Shown here piece by piece: positions 15,914 through 25,604 of a DNA stretch of 64,000 bases. The notes below the pieces were generated by a model. It made no database searches. It was given only the letters and a program-made list of their open reading frames with translations, and was not told where the DNA came from. Location: IMG/VR virus record IMGVR_UViG_3300025162_000016, positions 1 to 64,000 of that record. The stretch is one strand, 5' to 3'. Position numbers and translations under genes: made by a program. How positions within the stretch are numbered: position 1 is the first letter of the stretch; each line of letters starts with the position of its first letter.

Positions 15914-16225
15914 ATGTCACGAAAAACAAATGATACAGAAATGGCCGCACCTGTTGCTCCACAGGTGGTTACGGATAATCGTGAGCAAAGTGATACAAAA
16001 GCAATCAAGTATGTAGTTCTTCGAGATGGATATAGGGTTTCCGCAAATGAATATAATAAACCCAAAGATCCGAAAGCAATATCGGAATTGAAGTTTTGGA
16101 GTAGTGTTGAAAAGAATCATTCGTGGGGAGCCCCCGTGAAGATCGTTCAATATGATAACAAACTCCACCGAGTGTGGGGGGCTAAACCTATTGATGATAA
16201 TGTAGTAGAAACTATTAATAATTAA
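15914..16225 (+). CDS. Hypothetical protein
   Basis: ORF downstream of a TTGACA promoter-like site. Confidence 0.6.
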   Translation: MSRKTNDTEMAAPVAPQVVTDNREQSDTKAIKYVVLRDGYRVSANEYNKPKDPKAISELKFWSSVEKNHSWGAPVKIVQYDNKLHRVWGAKPIDDNVVETINN

Positions 16226-16227
16226 TT

Positions 16228-16434
16228 ATGGGATTAATTGATAATATCAGAGTGGCTTCTAAAGTGGCAGAAGTAGAAAAGCTGTTTGTAGAAGGTAAAG
16301 CATATACCAACGCCTCATTGAAGACTCAACGTCGTTGGAAATATGTAGCAGTTAAACGTCTTAAGGAACTTGACGCAGTTAAAGTGGCTCCAACGAAAGC
16401 GCCGGTCGCTGAGAAACGGAAACCGAAAACATAA
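16228..16434 (+). CDS. Hypothetical basic protein
   Basis: Coupled ORF followed by a terminator. Confidence 0.55.
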   Translation: MGLIDNIRVASKVAEVEKLFVEGKAYTNASLKTQRRWKYVAVKRLKELDAVKVAPTKAPVAEKRKPKT

Positions 16435-16450
16435 TAGTTTAGTATTCATC

Positions 16451-16485
16451 AAAAACGCAGTCCTCAAAAGGGATTGCGTTTTTTT
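16451..16485 (+). terminator. Rho-independent terminator
   Basis: AAAAACGCAGTCC/GGGATTGCGTTTTT stem plus T tract. Confidence 0.7.
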
Positions 16486-16552
16486 GTTTTTACATTTCTG
16501 TTTGAGATAGTTATTACTGTAGTATGGTAGTGCTTAGTAAAATCTAAGACAG

Positions 16553-16933
16553 ATGCCACATATGAAAAATATCGACCAAGAAAATGAAAGTTATGTTCTT
16601 CCTTCAAATAATGAAGAGTTAAAATCTTTTATCTTCAAATATAAAGTAGACATGACAGAGCAGGTAATTTCCTCAATCGAATTTGCAATAAAACATAAAC
16701 TACCCATTGCGGAAATATTTCAATTTAAGGGGTCTAAATTTGTGGTTACGGTATCCCCGAAAGAATTCGATTGTAATTTAGAAAATATTTATAAATATTA
16801 TATTAAATCTGAGCAATATGAATTGTGCGAAAGAGTAATAAAATTGCGTGAAAAACTCCGTAAAAAACCAAATGAAAAAACGAAAAATTCTGCCACTGGA
16901 ACCCATTGTACAACCACAACTCCCAATTCTTGA
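16553..16933 (+). CDS. Hypothetical protein (UVR-like C-terminal helix)
   Basis: QYELCERVIKLRE motif. Confidence 0.5.
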   Translation: MPHMKNIDQENESYVLPSNNEELKSFIFKYKVDMTEQVISSIEFAIKHKLPIAEIFQFKGSKFVVTVSPKEFDCNLENIYKYYIKSEQYELCERVIKLREKLRKKPNEKTKNSATGTHCTTTTPNS

Positions 16934-17636
16934 TACCAGTCCAATCATTCCTCAAAGAAATAAAATAAAGAATCTTTTAAATATTTATCAACGCCCCGAC
17001 TTTACCGAAAAACAAAAAGAGTTTATAGAATTGGCACTTGATAAAAAAACAAAACTACTATTTGTTAGCGGACCTGCCGGAAGCACAAAAAGTTATTTAT
17101 CGGTTTATTGTGCGTTGAAATTACTTAATGATCGACGGGTTAGCGACTTAATATATGTTAGAAGTATTGTAGAATCTGCTGAATATAAGATTGGGTATCT
17201 CCCAGGGGAAATTGATTCGAAAGTTCTTCCATATATGGAGCCCTTGTATGACAAACTATCAGAGTTATTACCCAAAAATGAAGTGGATTATTTAAAAAAA
17301 GACCACCGAATAACTACTATTCCAGTTTCTTTTCTTAGGGGTCTCAATTTCAATGCGAAATGTGTTATAGCAGATGAGATCCAAAACATGACGATGAAAG
17401 AGTTAATAACTTTAACGACTCGTGTTGGGGAACATTCAAAAATAATACTTGCGGGAGATCCAGAACAATCCGATTTAAAAAATGGCAACAGGGGTGGATT
17501 TGAGAAAATAATGGGTATATTCGATGATGATGAATCCAGACAAAATGGAATTTTTACTTTTAGATTTACTGAAGAACATGTACTGCGAAGTAAATTAGTA
17601 AAATTTATTGTAAAAAAACTTAGAGGTCATAGTTAA
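16872..17636 (+). CDS. phoH: PhoH-family ATPase
   Basis: GPAGSTKS, GYLPG, FLRG, IADEIQN, GDPEQSD motifs. Confidence 0.93.
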   Translation: MKKRKILPLEPIVQPQLPILDTSPIIPQRNKIKNLLNIYQRPDFTEKQKEFIELALDKKTKLLFVSGPAGSTKSYLSVYCALKLLNDRRVSDLIYVRSIVESAEYKIGYLPGEIDSKVLPYMEPLYDKLSELLPKNEVDYLKKDHRITTIPVSFLRGLNFNAKCVIADEIQNMTMKELITLTTRVGEHSKIILAGDPEQSDLKNGNRGGFEKIMGIFDDDESRQNGIFTFRFTEEHVLRSKLVKFIVKKLRGHS

Positions 17637-18544
17637 AATGTTAAAATTTTTGGAGATTTATCGATTCCTTTTTTAAAACTTTTCCAATCAGATTCCCAAA
17701 TATATTTTATATTATATCCCATAGATTTTAATTTTTTAAATCTATCAAATGTATGATTATACAATTCTCCAAATGTCTTTTTAGATAAATCATTTTTATT
17801 TTCCAAATTATATTTTTTAGGATTTCCATGCCAATAATCACCTAGAAATTCATATATTGTATTATCTTCAATTCCATCCACTATAAACGATTTTATAAAA
17901 ATATTTCTATTAGTGATATTTATATAATTTAAAAATTCGGTTTCTGGTTTAGAAATTCGATGACCCGTGATTTTTTTAACTCCACAATGTTTACATCCTT
18001 TTCCAGATAAATGATTTCCTGGAGTTTGCCAGAACTCCTCATGAATTGGACAAATTATTTTTAATTTAGTTATAGAATTTATATAATTTATTTTGGAATA
18101 ATTATAAAAATTATTGTGAATTTTATTTGACGAATTGACAAATTCATCTTTTGTTAATTTAAGCGTTTTTCCACATTTTTGGCATCCTCTACCCATGAGA
18201 TGTTTATGTGGAGTTTGTAAAAATTCATCGTGATTGGGACAAATTATTTTCACTCTTGTATTAATATTTTTATAATTTACTTTGGAATAATTATAAAAAT
18301 TATTGTGAATTTTATTTGACGAATTGATAAATTCATTTTTTGTTAATTTAAGCGTTTTTCCACATTGTTGACATCCTCTATTATTTAAATGACCATTTGG
18401 TCTTTGTAAAAATTCGCCATGTTTTTTACATATTATTATAACTTTTTTATTAGATTTTTCATAAATTGTTTTTGAATAGTCATATTTATCACCATGAACT
18501 TTTCTTGCTTTTTCGATGAAATCAGTTGTTGTTAATTTTTCCAT
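17633..18544 (-). CDS. Free-standing homing endonuclease-like protein (three Zn-ribbon repeats plus PD-(D/E)XK/Vsr-like domain)
   Basis: Repeated IICPxHxEFxQxPxxHLxGxGCxxC; EFLGDYWHG; YIWESDW. Confidence 0.75.
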   Translation of the reverse strand: MEKLTTTDFIEKARKVHGDKYDYSKTIYEKSNKKVIIICKKHGEFLQRPNGHLNNRGCQQCGKTLKLTKNEFINSSNKIHNNFYNYSKVNYKNINTRVKIICPNHDEFLQTPHKHLMGRGCQKCGKTLKLTKDEFVNSSNKIHNNFYNYSKINYINSITKLKIICPIHEEFWQTPGNHLSGKGCKHCGVKKITGHRISKPETEFLNYINITNRNIFIKSFIVDGIEDNTIYEFLGDYWHGNPKKYNLENKNDLSKKTFGELYNHTFDRFKKLKSMGYNIKYIWESDWKSFKKGIDKSPKILTF

Positions 18545-18665
18545 GATATCTTTCTAGGTTTTTCTTTTTAATTTTTTCGGAATTTTTCCAATAATAACGC
18601 ATTGACTTTTTTCTATTGGCGTTTTGTTTTTCGTCATCAGTAAAATATTTTGTTTTTCTTCCCAT
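18522..18665 (-). CDS. Small basic protein upstream of the endonuclease
   Basis: MGRKTKYF..; overlaps the endonuclease start. Confidence 0.45.
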   Translation of the reverse strand: MGRKTKYFTDDEKQNANRKKSMRYYWKNSEKIKKKNLERYHGKINNN

Positions 18666-18909
18666 AATTGTATATCCACAAATAGAGTTTGAAGTAAGAA
18701 AGACGTCAGAAAAATGTAAATATTCAATCATTTATTAAATGGCGTGTATGTTTTTAGATTCACCGAGGAGGATATTGTAAGAAGTCCATTAACTCGGTTT
18801 ATTGTCAATAGATTAAATAAAGTAAATTGAGTTGCCGTCATTGATCGGTTATTAAGAGATTTAACTGATAAAAACTATTCTTGAGTAATATGTATAAGGA
18901 TAGAACCAT

Positions 18910-20091
18910 ATGGCAAATAAAAGAATAGATGAGCTTAACGAACTACTACGAAATCAAGTAGACGCTAATGATTTGTTTTTGATATCCGATCTGAGTGCAT
19001 TAGAATCAAAGAAAATTCGGGCAGATGAATTACAAGCATATATCATAAATGGCGGGTCAATCACCGGATCATTTAATGGTACCGCTAGTTATGCGATACA
19101 GGCAAAAACAGCGTCGTGGGCTCCTCCTTGTATTTCTGCATCTTATGCTCTTTCAGCATCTTATGCAGATTTAGCAAATACAACATCCTACGTAGTTTCT
19201 TCATCTTATGGTCTAAGTTCTTCTTGGGCGGATAAATCTTATTATTCGGTTACTTCTTCTTATGCGTTGACATCTTCGGTTCAATTAGTTATTTCCAGTG
19301 GAATGTCCAATTTTGCCGATACTGCTTCTTTCATGTGGTATGATACCGGACGTTATAACGGAAGAATCTCCTATGCAGATGCATCAACCGCATCCACATC
19401 TTCATTTACTAGTTCTTATTTGTTATATACCGGAAGACATAATGGGAGTGCATCTTATGCTTTAACTGCATCCAGTGTTAATACATCGAGTTTTTCTAGA
19501 ACCGCTTCTTTTGCTAAAACCGCTTCTTTTGCTGAAACCGCATCTTATGCGACAACTTCTTCCTATGCCGAAACCGCATCTTATGCGGTAACATCTAGTT
19601 ATGTGATAACCTCTAGTTATTCGGAAATTTCTAATTATTCTAATTATTCTTCATTTATTAGTAGACCAATGGGGTGGACTATCATTTCTCCACAGTATTT
19701 AACTCAAACGATGGCTCGTATTAATACTATGAGTTTATTTAAGTCAAATGGAGCAATTCCGACTACTTACATAACGGTTACCGGCACGGTGGATTATAAA
19801 TATATTAATTTTATATCTGAATCTGTAGCATTGTTTGCGGTTAATCAAACAACAACTACTTCTAGTTTTTATGATATGATTCCGATATCATCGAGAATGG
19901 AAAGTACAATGGGCGATACCTTTACGGGGTCAGTTAGTCATTCATTTACCTTGCAAGGAGAGGTAGATTTACCATCTGGAAGTTATAGCGTTTATCTCAC
20001 GGCATCGTCTACTAATTTAACATTCGACGCAACCAGACGAATTAATTTTCGCATTGATAGTAATGCCGACAACTTTTTATATTCAGTATAA
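18910..20091 (+). CDS. Tail fibre-like structural protein with SASYA repeats
   Basis: Repeated TASYA/TASFA units; KRIDEL N-terminus. Confidence 0.55.
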   Translation: MANKRIDELNELLRNQVDANDLFLISDLSALESKKIRADELQAYIINGGSITGSFNGTASYAIQAKTASWAPPCISASYALSASYADLANTTSYVVSSSYGLSSSWADKSYYSVTSSYALTSSVQLVISSGMSNFADTASFMWYDTGRYNGRISYADASTASTSSFTSSYLLYTGRHNGSASYALTASSVNTSSFSRTASFAKTASFAETASYATTSSYAETASYAVTSSYVITSSYSEISNYSNYSSFISRPMGWTIISPQYLTQTMARINTMSLFKSNGAIPTTYITVTGTVDYKYINFISESVALFAVNQTTTTSSFYDMIPISSRMESTMGDTFTGSVSHSFTLQGEVDLPSGSYSVYLTASSTNLTFDATRRINFRIDSNADNFLYSV

Positions 20092-20094
20092 TAT

Positions 20095-21999
20095 ATGGCA
20101 AGCATACCCATTACTCAACTTAGCTTTATTCCGCTACCGGTAACAGGATCGGATTTATTGGCAATTGTACAAACCAGTTCGATGACAACTTATAAAGTCA
20201 ATGTGTTTGATGTCATAAGTTCTTATCCGTTTCCACAGCTTGTATCTGCTTCTTTATTTTCATCGAGGTCATTATTTGCATCGCAATCCATTTGGGCAGT
20301 ATCAGCTAGTTGGGCATCCCGCTCATTATTTTCTGAAATCTCTTCTCAATCATTATTTTCAGTATCCGCTAGTTGGGCATCTCGTTCTTTAGTTGCGAAT
20401 AGTGCCTTTTATTCTTCTGCTTCAAAAGAATCGATGTATTCAACGTATTCTTTATATGCGAATTTAACCGGCAGTGAAAATTATTTTCCATATTGGTATA
20501 CCGACAAAACATTGGATGGTGGAAATTTTCAAGTAAATGGAGGGTTACAGAAAAATTCTCTTTTATATAATTATCCTGCCGGTGCGGGTGCGGGGACCGT
20601 AATTTTTGCTCCAGATCCCACTCTTAATCCCGCATCCACGATACCGGGATTTCCCGGCTATTCACAAGCGGGATGGTGGAATCCTTCGGCGGTAGCATGG
20701 GATGGAGAAATTTGGTTTGGCGGAGCGGGGATTTTTACGGCCTTGCCAATCGTTAGTACAGTATTCAATGGGACAGATCAAAAAAAGTGGCCATTCGCCA
20801 CTGCAAGTAATGCAGTTTTCTCCAATCAATATTGGCAAGGGAATTATAATGGAGGGCCTCAAACTATAGGTAGTGCTAGCGATAGTATAGCAACTGCATT
20901 CAATGGCAAATGGGTGCGTATAGCTACTCTTGGGGTGAGAGAAGGTCCAGTAGTAGTAGCAAATGCTTCTAAAGGGGAAGTGAAGATGTTGGATACTGGA
21001 TTAAAAGGGAGAGTTCGGATTAAAATAGCAGATGGCGGGAATAAAAATTACGGAGTTGTTGGATTTTATCAAGATATTGATATGCATCTTGATGCGTCTG
21101 GAAATATTCCACTTGCAACTAATGCAACTATATTTGCGGTAGTTCAAGATGGATGGGATGTAATTCGAAAATTAAGAATATCGGTAGATGGATCTGGTAA
21201 TAATGATCCCATGTTCGCATTGGATATATTTATTAACGATATACCGGATGGAGTATATGGGTTTTATATTGAATGTCAATCATGGGGAGGAGTAAGGTTT
21301 TTGGAAACTCCAAATATTTCCCCGATTGCTTTAGTAGATGCAGATACCGACCCACTTTTTCCGAAATATTTAATTTTCCCACCGGCTCCTGGACATTATT
21401 CAAATAGACCTTTTGATACAGGACAGCCATATGTTATTGGGGGACAAAATGTCATTATTAACCCTAAAGTCAATGAAATTACTGAAAGTGCCGGTTATGG
21501 ACATACCAATTTAATAAATCCTTATTCATTAGATGTAAGTGGGTCAATCAATACTCAACAGTATTATGCCAAAGGGCAGGCAGGATTAAATGCAAATTAT
21601 GTAGCTTATCATCCTAGTGATTCGAAATGGTATAATTTAGAAATAACAGGCGGTATTCCTGTTAAAGCAACGGAGACTACTTCTCCGGTAGCTGGACCTA
21701 CAGGCCCTACTATTATTGCAGCCGGAAATGCGACCTGTCAAAGAGATATTGCTCCTACCGAAAATTATAAGTATGGGTGTAGCATAACAAGAATAGACAA
21801 TCAAAATATCGGGGTAACCGGGGGATTTCCTAGTTCATATGCGGTCACTGCTTTAGCTAGAAATTCCGCTGGAACGGCAGCTACAGGTTGTAGAATTAAT
21901 GATCAAGGGCCAACTGGGTTTACAATTAGTCTGGGAAATTCAATTGAAGACGGATTCAATCCAACGGTTATTCAATTTATTGCGGTGGGCGGCGGATAA
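20095..21999 (+). CDS. Tail fibre/receptor-binding-like protein
   Basis: SASWA repeats; Gly-rich beta-type C-terminal region. Confidence 0.5.
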   Translation: MASIPITQLSFIPLPVTGSDLLAIVQTSSMTTYKVNVFDVISSYPFPQLVSASLFSSRSLFASQSIWAVSASWASRSLFSEISSQSLFSVSASWASRSLVANSAFYSSASKESMYSTYSLYANLTGSENYFPYWYTDKTLDGGNFQVNGGLQKNSLLYNYPAGAGAGTVIFAPDPTLNPASTIPGFPGYSQAGWWNPSAVAWDGEIWFGGAGIFTALPIVSTVFNGTDQKKWPFATASNAVFSNQYWQGNYNGGPQTIGSASDSIATAFNGKWVRIATLGVREGPVVVANASKGEVKMLDTGLKGRVRIKIADGGNKNYGVVGFYQDIDMHLDASGNIPLATNATIFAVVQDGWDVIRKLRISVDGSGNNDPMFALDIFINDIPDGVYGFYIECQSWGGVRFLETPNISPIALVDADTDPLFPKYLIFPPAPGHYSNRPFDTGQPYVIGGQNVIINPKVNEITESAGYGHTNLINPYSLDVSGSINTQQYYAKGQAGLNANYVAYHPSDSKWYNLEITGGIPVKATETTSPVAGPTGPTIIAAGNATCQRDIAPTENYKYGCSITRIDNQNIGVTGGFPSSYAVTALARNSAGTAATGCRINDQGPTGFTISLGNSIEDGFNPTVIQFIAVGGG

Positions 22000-22127
22000 A
22001 AAATCACGTTTTTTCTTTTTTTCTGATATATATTCATTGGTAATATAGATATATTATCATAATAGTGCCTTTTGTTAGGGCTATTAAAATTAACAGACAA
22101 TAATTGTTGTTAAAGAAAGAAAATAAT

Positions 22128-22634
22128 ATGAATATAAATAATCTAGTACGTTATAATTCAACTTACACTCCAACATTCTTCACCGATTTTTTCGATGACG
22201 AATTTTTTGCTCCACATGATGTTTTGATGGATAGAGTTTTTACTAAACTTTTCCCGAATACATCTAAAGAATTAGGTGGACCTTTATTTGAATCCCGAGC
22301 GTATCCTAAAGTAGATATTCGAGAAACGGATAAGGAATTTATCCTTGAAGCCGAGGTATCAGGACTTACTAAAAATCAAGTTAAAGTTGAAATTAAAGAA
22401 GATTCACTTGTTATTCGTGGTGAAAAACGAGATGAAGAAAAGAAAGAAGGCAAGTATAATGTAAAAGAAATTAAACGTTCTTCTTTTATTCGGTCATTTT
22501 CACTTCCATCGGATATCGTAGATAAAAATTCTATTAAAGCAAAGTTTCAAGATGGAATTTTAGAAGTTACAATAGCAAAAACGAAACCTATTCCTCCACC
22601 AAAACCGGATGTTAAAGTGATTGACATTCAATAA
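22128..22634 (+). CDS. Small heat-shock protein (Hsp20/alpha-crystallin)
   Basis: PKVDIRETDKE, SFIRSFSLP, AKFQDGILEVTI. Confidence 0.93.
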   Translation: MNINNLVRYNSTYTPTFFTDFFDDEFFAPHDVLMDRVFTKLFPNTSKELGGPLFESRAYPKVDIRETDKEFILEAEVSGLTKNQVKVEIKEDSLVIRGEKRDEEKKEGKYNVKEIKRSSFIRSFSLPSDIVDKNSIKAKFQDGILEVTIAKTKPIPPPKPDVKVIDIQ

Positions 22635-22654
22635 AGTTATACGTAAACACGTTC

Positions 22655-22679
22655 AGCCCCCGAACATCGGGGGCTTTTT
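22655..22679 (+). terminator. Rho-independent terminator
   Basis: AGCCCCCG/CGGGGGCT plus TTTT. Confidence 0.8.
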
Positions 22680-22723
22680 CATTGCAATGATACAATAGGC
22701 GTTATTTGTTATATTTATATGGT

Positions 22724-23566
22724 ATGAAATTTGAACATCTTTTATTAATTGCCGCTCTTTTAATGGCGGTCTGTGGCGGAGCATTTTCCATTATTGGGAT
22801 ATCCACTTTATTTGGAGGAACTCCTATATTAAGCGGGACAATGGCGGGCATTATAGAATTCGCTAAAATAATAGGGACCACGTTTTTATATAGGTATTGG
22901 ACAAAAACGATGGGGTATTTGAAAACGTATTTAATTATATCAGTTTTTATATTAATGGTAATTACATCAGCCGGGATATATGGATTTTTAGGAAGTTCGT
23001 ATCAGGGATCGTCTTTAAAATATAAAGCTCAACAGGAACAAATAGTTTTAACAGAAAAGACTAAAGTATATACTCAAACTAAAATTGATCAGTCTCAAAA
23101 TAGAATGCTTATATTGAATAAAATGCGGGAATCTCAAGAATCTCGTATGTCGGAAGCAATGACAAATTCTTATATTTCAAGAAATCCTATTCAGTTGAAG
23201 CAACTACAAGATCAAACTGCTGAAATGATAAAAACAACTGAAGCGGATACTAAGATAGAACAAAATAAAATAGATACCGCCATTACGGAAATTGCGGGTA
23301 TAGATCAAAAGGTAAATCAAATGAAATATTCGGATACTAGTAAAGATATTAGGACATTTGAATTTATAGCAAAACTTTTTAATACAACTCTTGATAACGT
23401 AGCTAAATGGTTTATTTTTCTGCTTATCATCGTATTCGATCCACTTGCGGTTGCACTTATTCTTGCTTATAATGTAATGATATATAAGGAATCGCAGGAA
23501 TTAGTTCATTTGGACGAAACTCCGTCGAAAGAAATTTCGGTTATCGAACCGTTAAAAAAAGTTTAG
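22724..23566 (+). CDS. Membrane protein with coiled coil
   Basis: Three N-terminal and one C-terminal hydrophobic segments; FDPLAV motif. Confidence 0.65.
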   Translation: MKFEHLLLIAALLMAVCGGAFSIIGISTLFGGTPILSGTMAGIIEFAKIIGTTFLYRYWTKTMGYLKTYLIISVFILMVITSAGIYGFLGSSYQGSSLKYKAQQEQIVLTEKTKVYTQTKIDQSQNRMLILNKMRESQESRMSEAMTNSYISRNPIQLKQLQDQTAEMIKTTEADTKIEQNKIDTAITEIAGIDQKVNQMKYSDTSKDIRTFEFIAKLFNTTLDNVAKWFIFLLIIVFDPLAVALILAYNVMIYKESQELVHLDETPSKEISVIEPLKKV

Positions 23567-23804
23567 GAAGGAGAGGAATCACCCCCTTCTCTTTCCAAAA
23601 AATTCCCAAGGTGGAGTCAAAACCGGAACCTATTGTTCCGGTTATAGTCCCCTCTCAAGTAATATCACCGCCCATAGATGACGCCTTTTTTCGAGGATAT
23701 TTTAAATCATATTAAAATTAGTTGACATTTTTATGAATAAATGATAATATTAATTTGTATTAAAAAATGAAGAATATATCTTTTGGAAAAATTTATAACT
23801 ATAT

Positions 23805-23978
23805 ATGAGCAATTTAGTTAAATTAAAAGCAACTATGGATCAATCTGATATTTCATATGTAATTGAATTGCTCACTAATGCAATACGAGACGAGGACTGG
23901 GACAGCGCAATTGAAGCCAGAGAATTTTTAAAAGAATATATCGGCGATGATGGCGGGCCTATCGAATTAGAAGAGTAA
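23805..23978 (+). CDS. Small acidic hypothetical protein (57 aa)
   Basis: Open frame MSNLVKLK..IELEE coupled to the next gene. Confidence 0.55.
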   Translation: MSNLVKLKATMDQSDISYVIELLTNAIRDEDWDSAIEAREFLKEYIGDDGGPIELEE

Positions 23979-23980
23979 TT

Positions 23981-24250
23981 ATGTGGCCAATTTATTTGTT
24001 GATTTTCTTTATCATTTTTTTATTGATAATGGTAGGATTTTTGTCTAAAGCTCTCATCATTCAAATTAAAAAAAATGAAATTCACGAACAGTGGATCATT
24101 GGACTTCAGAACAAGGTTGAAAAAACATATCAAACCATCACCATGTTAGATGATAGGCAAATGTTTGCCAAAGATGATGAGGTGGGAACTGTATTTCAAC
24201 AAATAGTGGAGATTGTAAAATCTCTTAACGAAATCACAACCAAAGAATAA
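23981..24250 (+). CDS. Single-pass membrane protein
   Basis: N-terminal hydrophobic helix. Confidence 0.6.
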   Translation: MWPIYLLIFFIIFLLIMVGFLSKALIIQIKKNEIHEQWIIGLQNKVEKTYQTITMLDDRQMFAKDDEVGTVFQQIVEIVKSLNEITTKE

Positions 24251-24253
24251 GTT

Positions 24254-25132
24254 ATGTCTAAAAAAAAGCGTATAACGCATAAGCACTCTGTACAAAAACG
24301 GAAGAAATTAAAAAAACATATAGGCAAGTCTCGACCCAAAAAAGAATTACCGGCTCCACCGCCGATAGTGCCCGTTCCTAAAAAGAAAAGGGAAAAGAAA
24401 AGGGAAAAGAAAAAAAGCAATATTTATTTTTCACAAGAGACAGAATCTGCCATTGTATTATATAATAATACAGAAAACATGTTAGAACGAAATAAGATTT
24501 ATCATGAAAAGATAGAATATCCTCTTCAGAAATTAGTTGAAAATGTATTTAATCGGTTTGGGTTTACGTATTTTAAAACCAGTCCACATGATGTACAAAA
24601 GGAAGCATTGGCTCATTTAGTTTCTAATATGGGGAAATATGATCCTAACCGTGAAAGTAAAGCGTTTGGAAAGAAAATGAAAAGTAAAGCATTTTCTTAT
24701 TTTTCAGTCATTGCTAAAAATTGGTTTATTTTACTTAACAATAATAATTACAAAGAGTTTCGAACAAATGTAGAGATAAGCGAGGAGCGGGGAGAAAATA
24801 CGGTTCAACTTCAGCATGTGGATAAACATCACACTCAAGTTGAAATGGACGAATTCATGACGTTAACCATAGAGTTTTGGGAGACTAATGTTAGGAAAAT
24901 TTTCATGAAACAACGGGATTTAGATATTGCCAATGCCGTTATTGAACTTTTAAGAAATTCTGGTCGAATTGAGGCTTTTAATAAAAAAGCTCTTTATTTG
25001 TATATACGAGAGATTTCTGAATGTAAGACTCAACAGATCACAAAGATTATAAACAAGATGAAGCAATATCATAGAGCTAATTATAAAACATATCTTAACA
25101 CCGGGAATATAGAGCCATACTCAAAAGTGTGA
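24254..25132 (+). CDS. Phage sigma-factor-like protein (T4 gp55-like late sigma)
   Basis: KYDPN..KAFSYFSVIAKN resembles sigma region 2 of gp55-type factors. Confidence 0.5.
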   Translation: MSKKKRITHKHSVQKRKKLKKHIGKSRPKKELPAPPPIVPVPKKKREKKREKKKSNIYFSQETESAIVLYNNTENMLERNKIYHEKIEYPLQKLVENVFNRFGFTYFKTSPHDVQKEALAHLVSNMGKYDPNRESKAFGKKMKSKAFSYFSVIAKNWFILLNNNNYKEFRTNVEISEERGENTVQLQHVDKHHTQVEMDEFMTLTIEFWETNVRKIFMKQRDLDIANAVIELLRNSGRIEAFNKKALYLYIREISECKTQQITKIINKMKQYHRANYKTYLNTGNIEPYSKV

Positions 25133-25219
25133 TCCATTAGATTTTTAGTTATTATAACCGATTTTCGGTTAACCTTCGAGAAACCCTCTCAATTCCTTGG
25201 GAGGTTTCTATTTATAAAT

Positions 25220-25603
25220 ATGCCAGATAACGATTTCGAAATTTTTGAAAATAAATCCTTTACGGGGTTGTGTAAAGATATTTACGATCGGTCAGAAAAT
25301 AAAAAAGATCAATTGGATTTATTGATAAGTGAATTACGACCATATATTCGTAGTTTAGACGACGCCAGAGAAATGGTACCACTTATTCAAGGATATTTAG
25401 AAGTATCGGTTAGAAACGATGAACAGCTTGTTAAATTGGCACAAGTATCTCAAAGACTTCAAACGGCTAAAATGGATAGAGGAGGCGGCGAAGCACTATT
25501 AACGGATGCGGAAAAAGAGGCATTGTGGCAAGAAGTGAAAGAAGTCATTGAAGTAGTAAAAACCCCCGTTTCGATTATAACTAGTTCGATTACTCCAAAA
25601 TAA
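25220..25603 (+). CDS. Hypothetical protein
   Basis: ORF after the TATTTATA motif. Confidence 0.65.
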   Translation: MPDNDFEIFENKSFTGLCKDIYDRSENKKDQLDLLISELRPYIRSLDDAREMVPLIQGYLEVSVRNDEQLVKLAQVSQRLQTAKMDRGGGEALLTDAEKEALWQEVKEVIEVVKTPVSIITSSITPK

Positions 25604-25604
25604 T

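Noticed and set aside
22061-22087. CIRCE-like operator upstream of Hsp20
   Set aside because: The arms do not match TTAGCACTC-N9-GAGTGCTAA and pair only partially.
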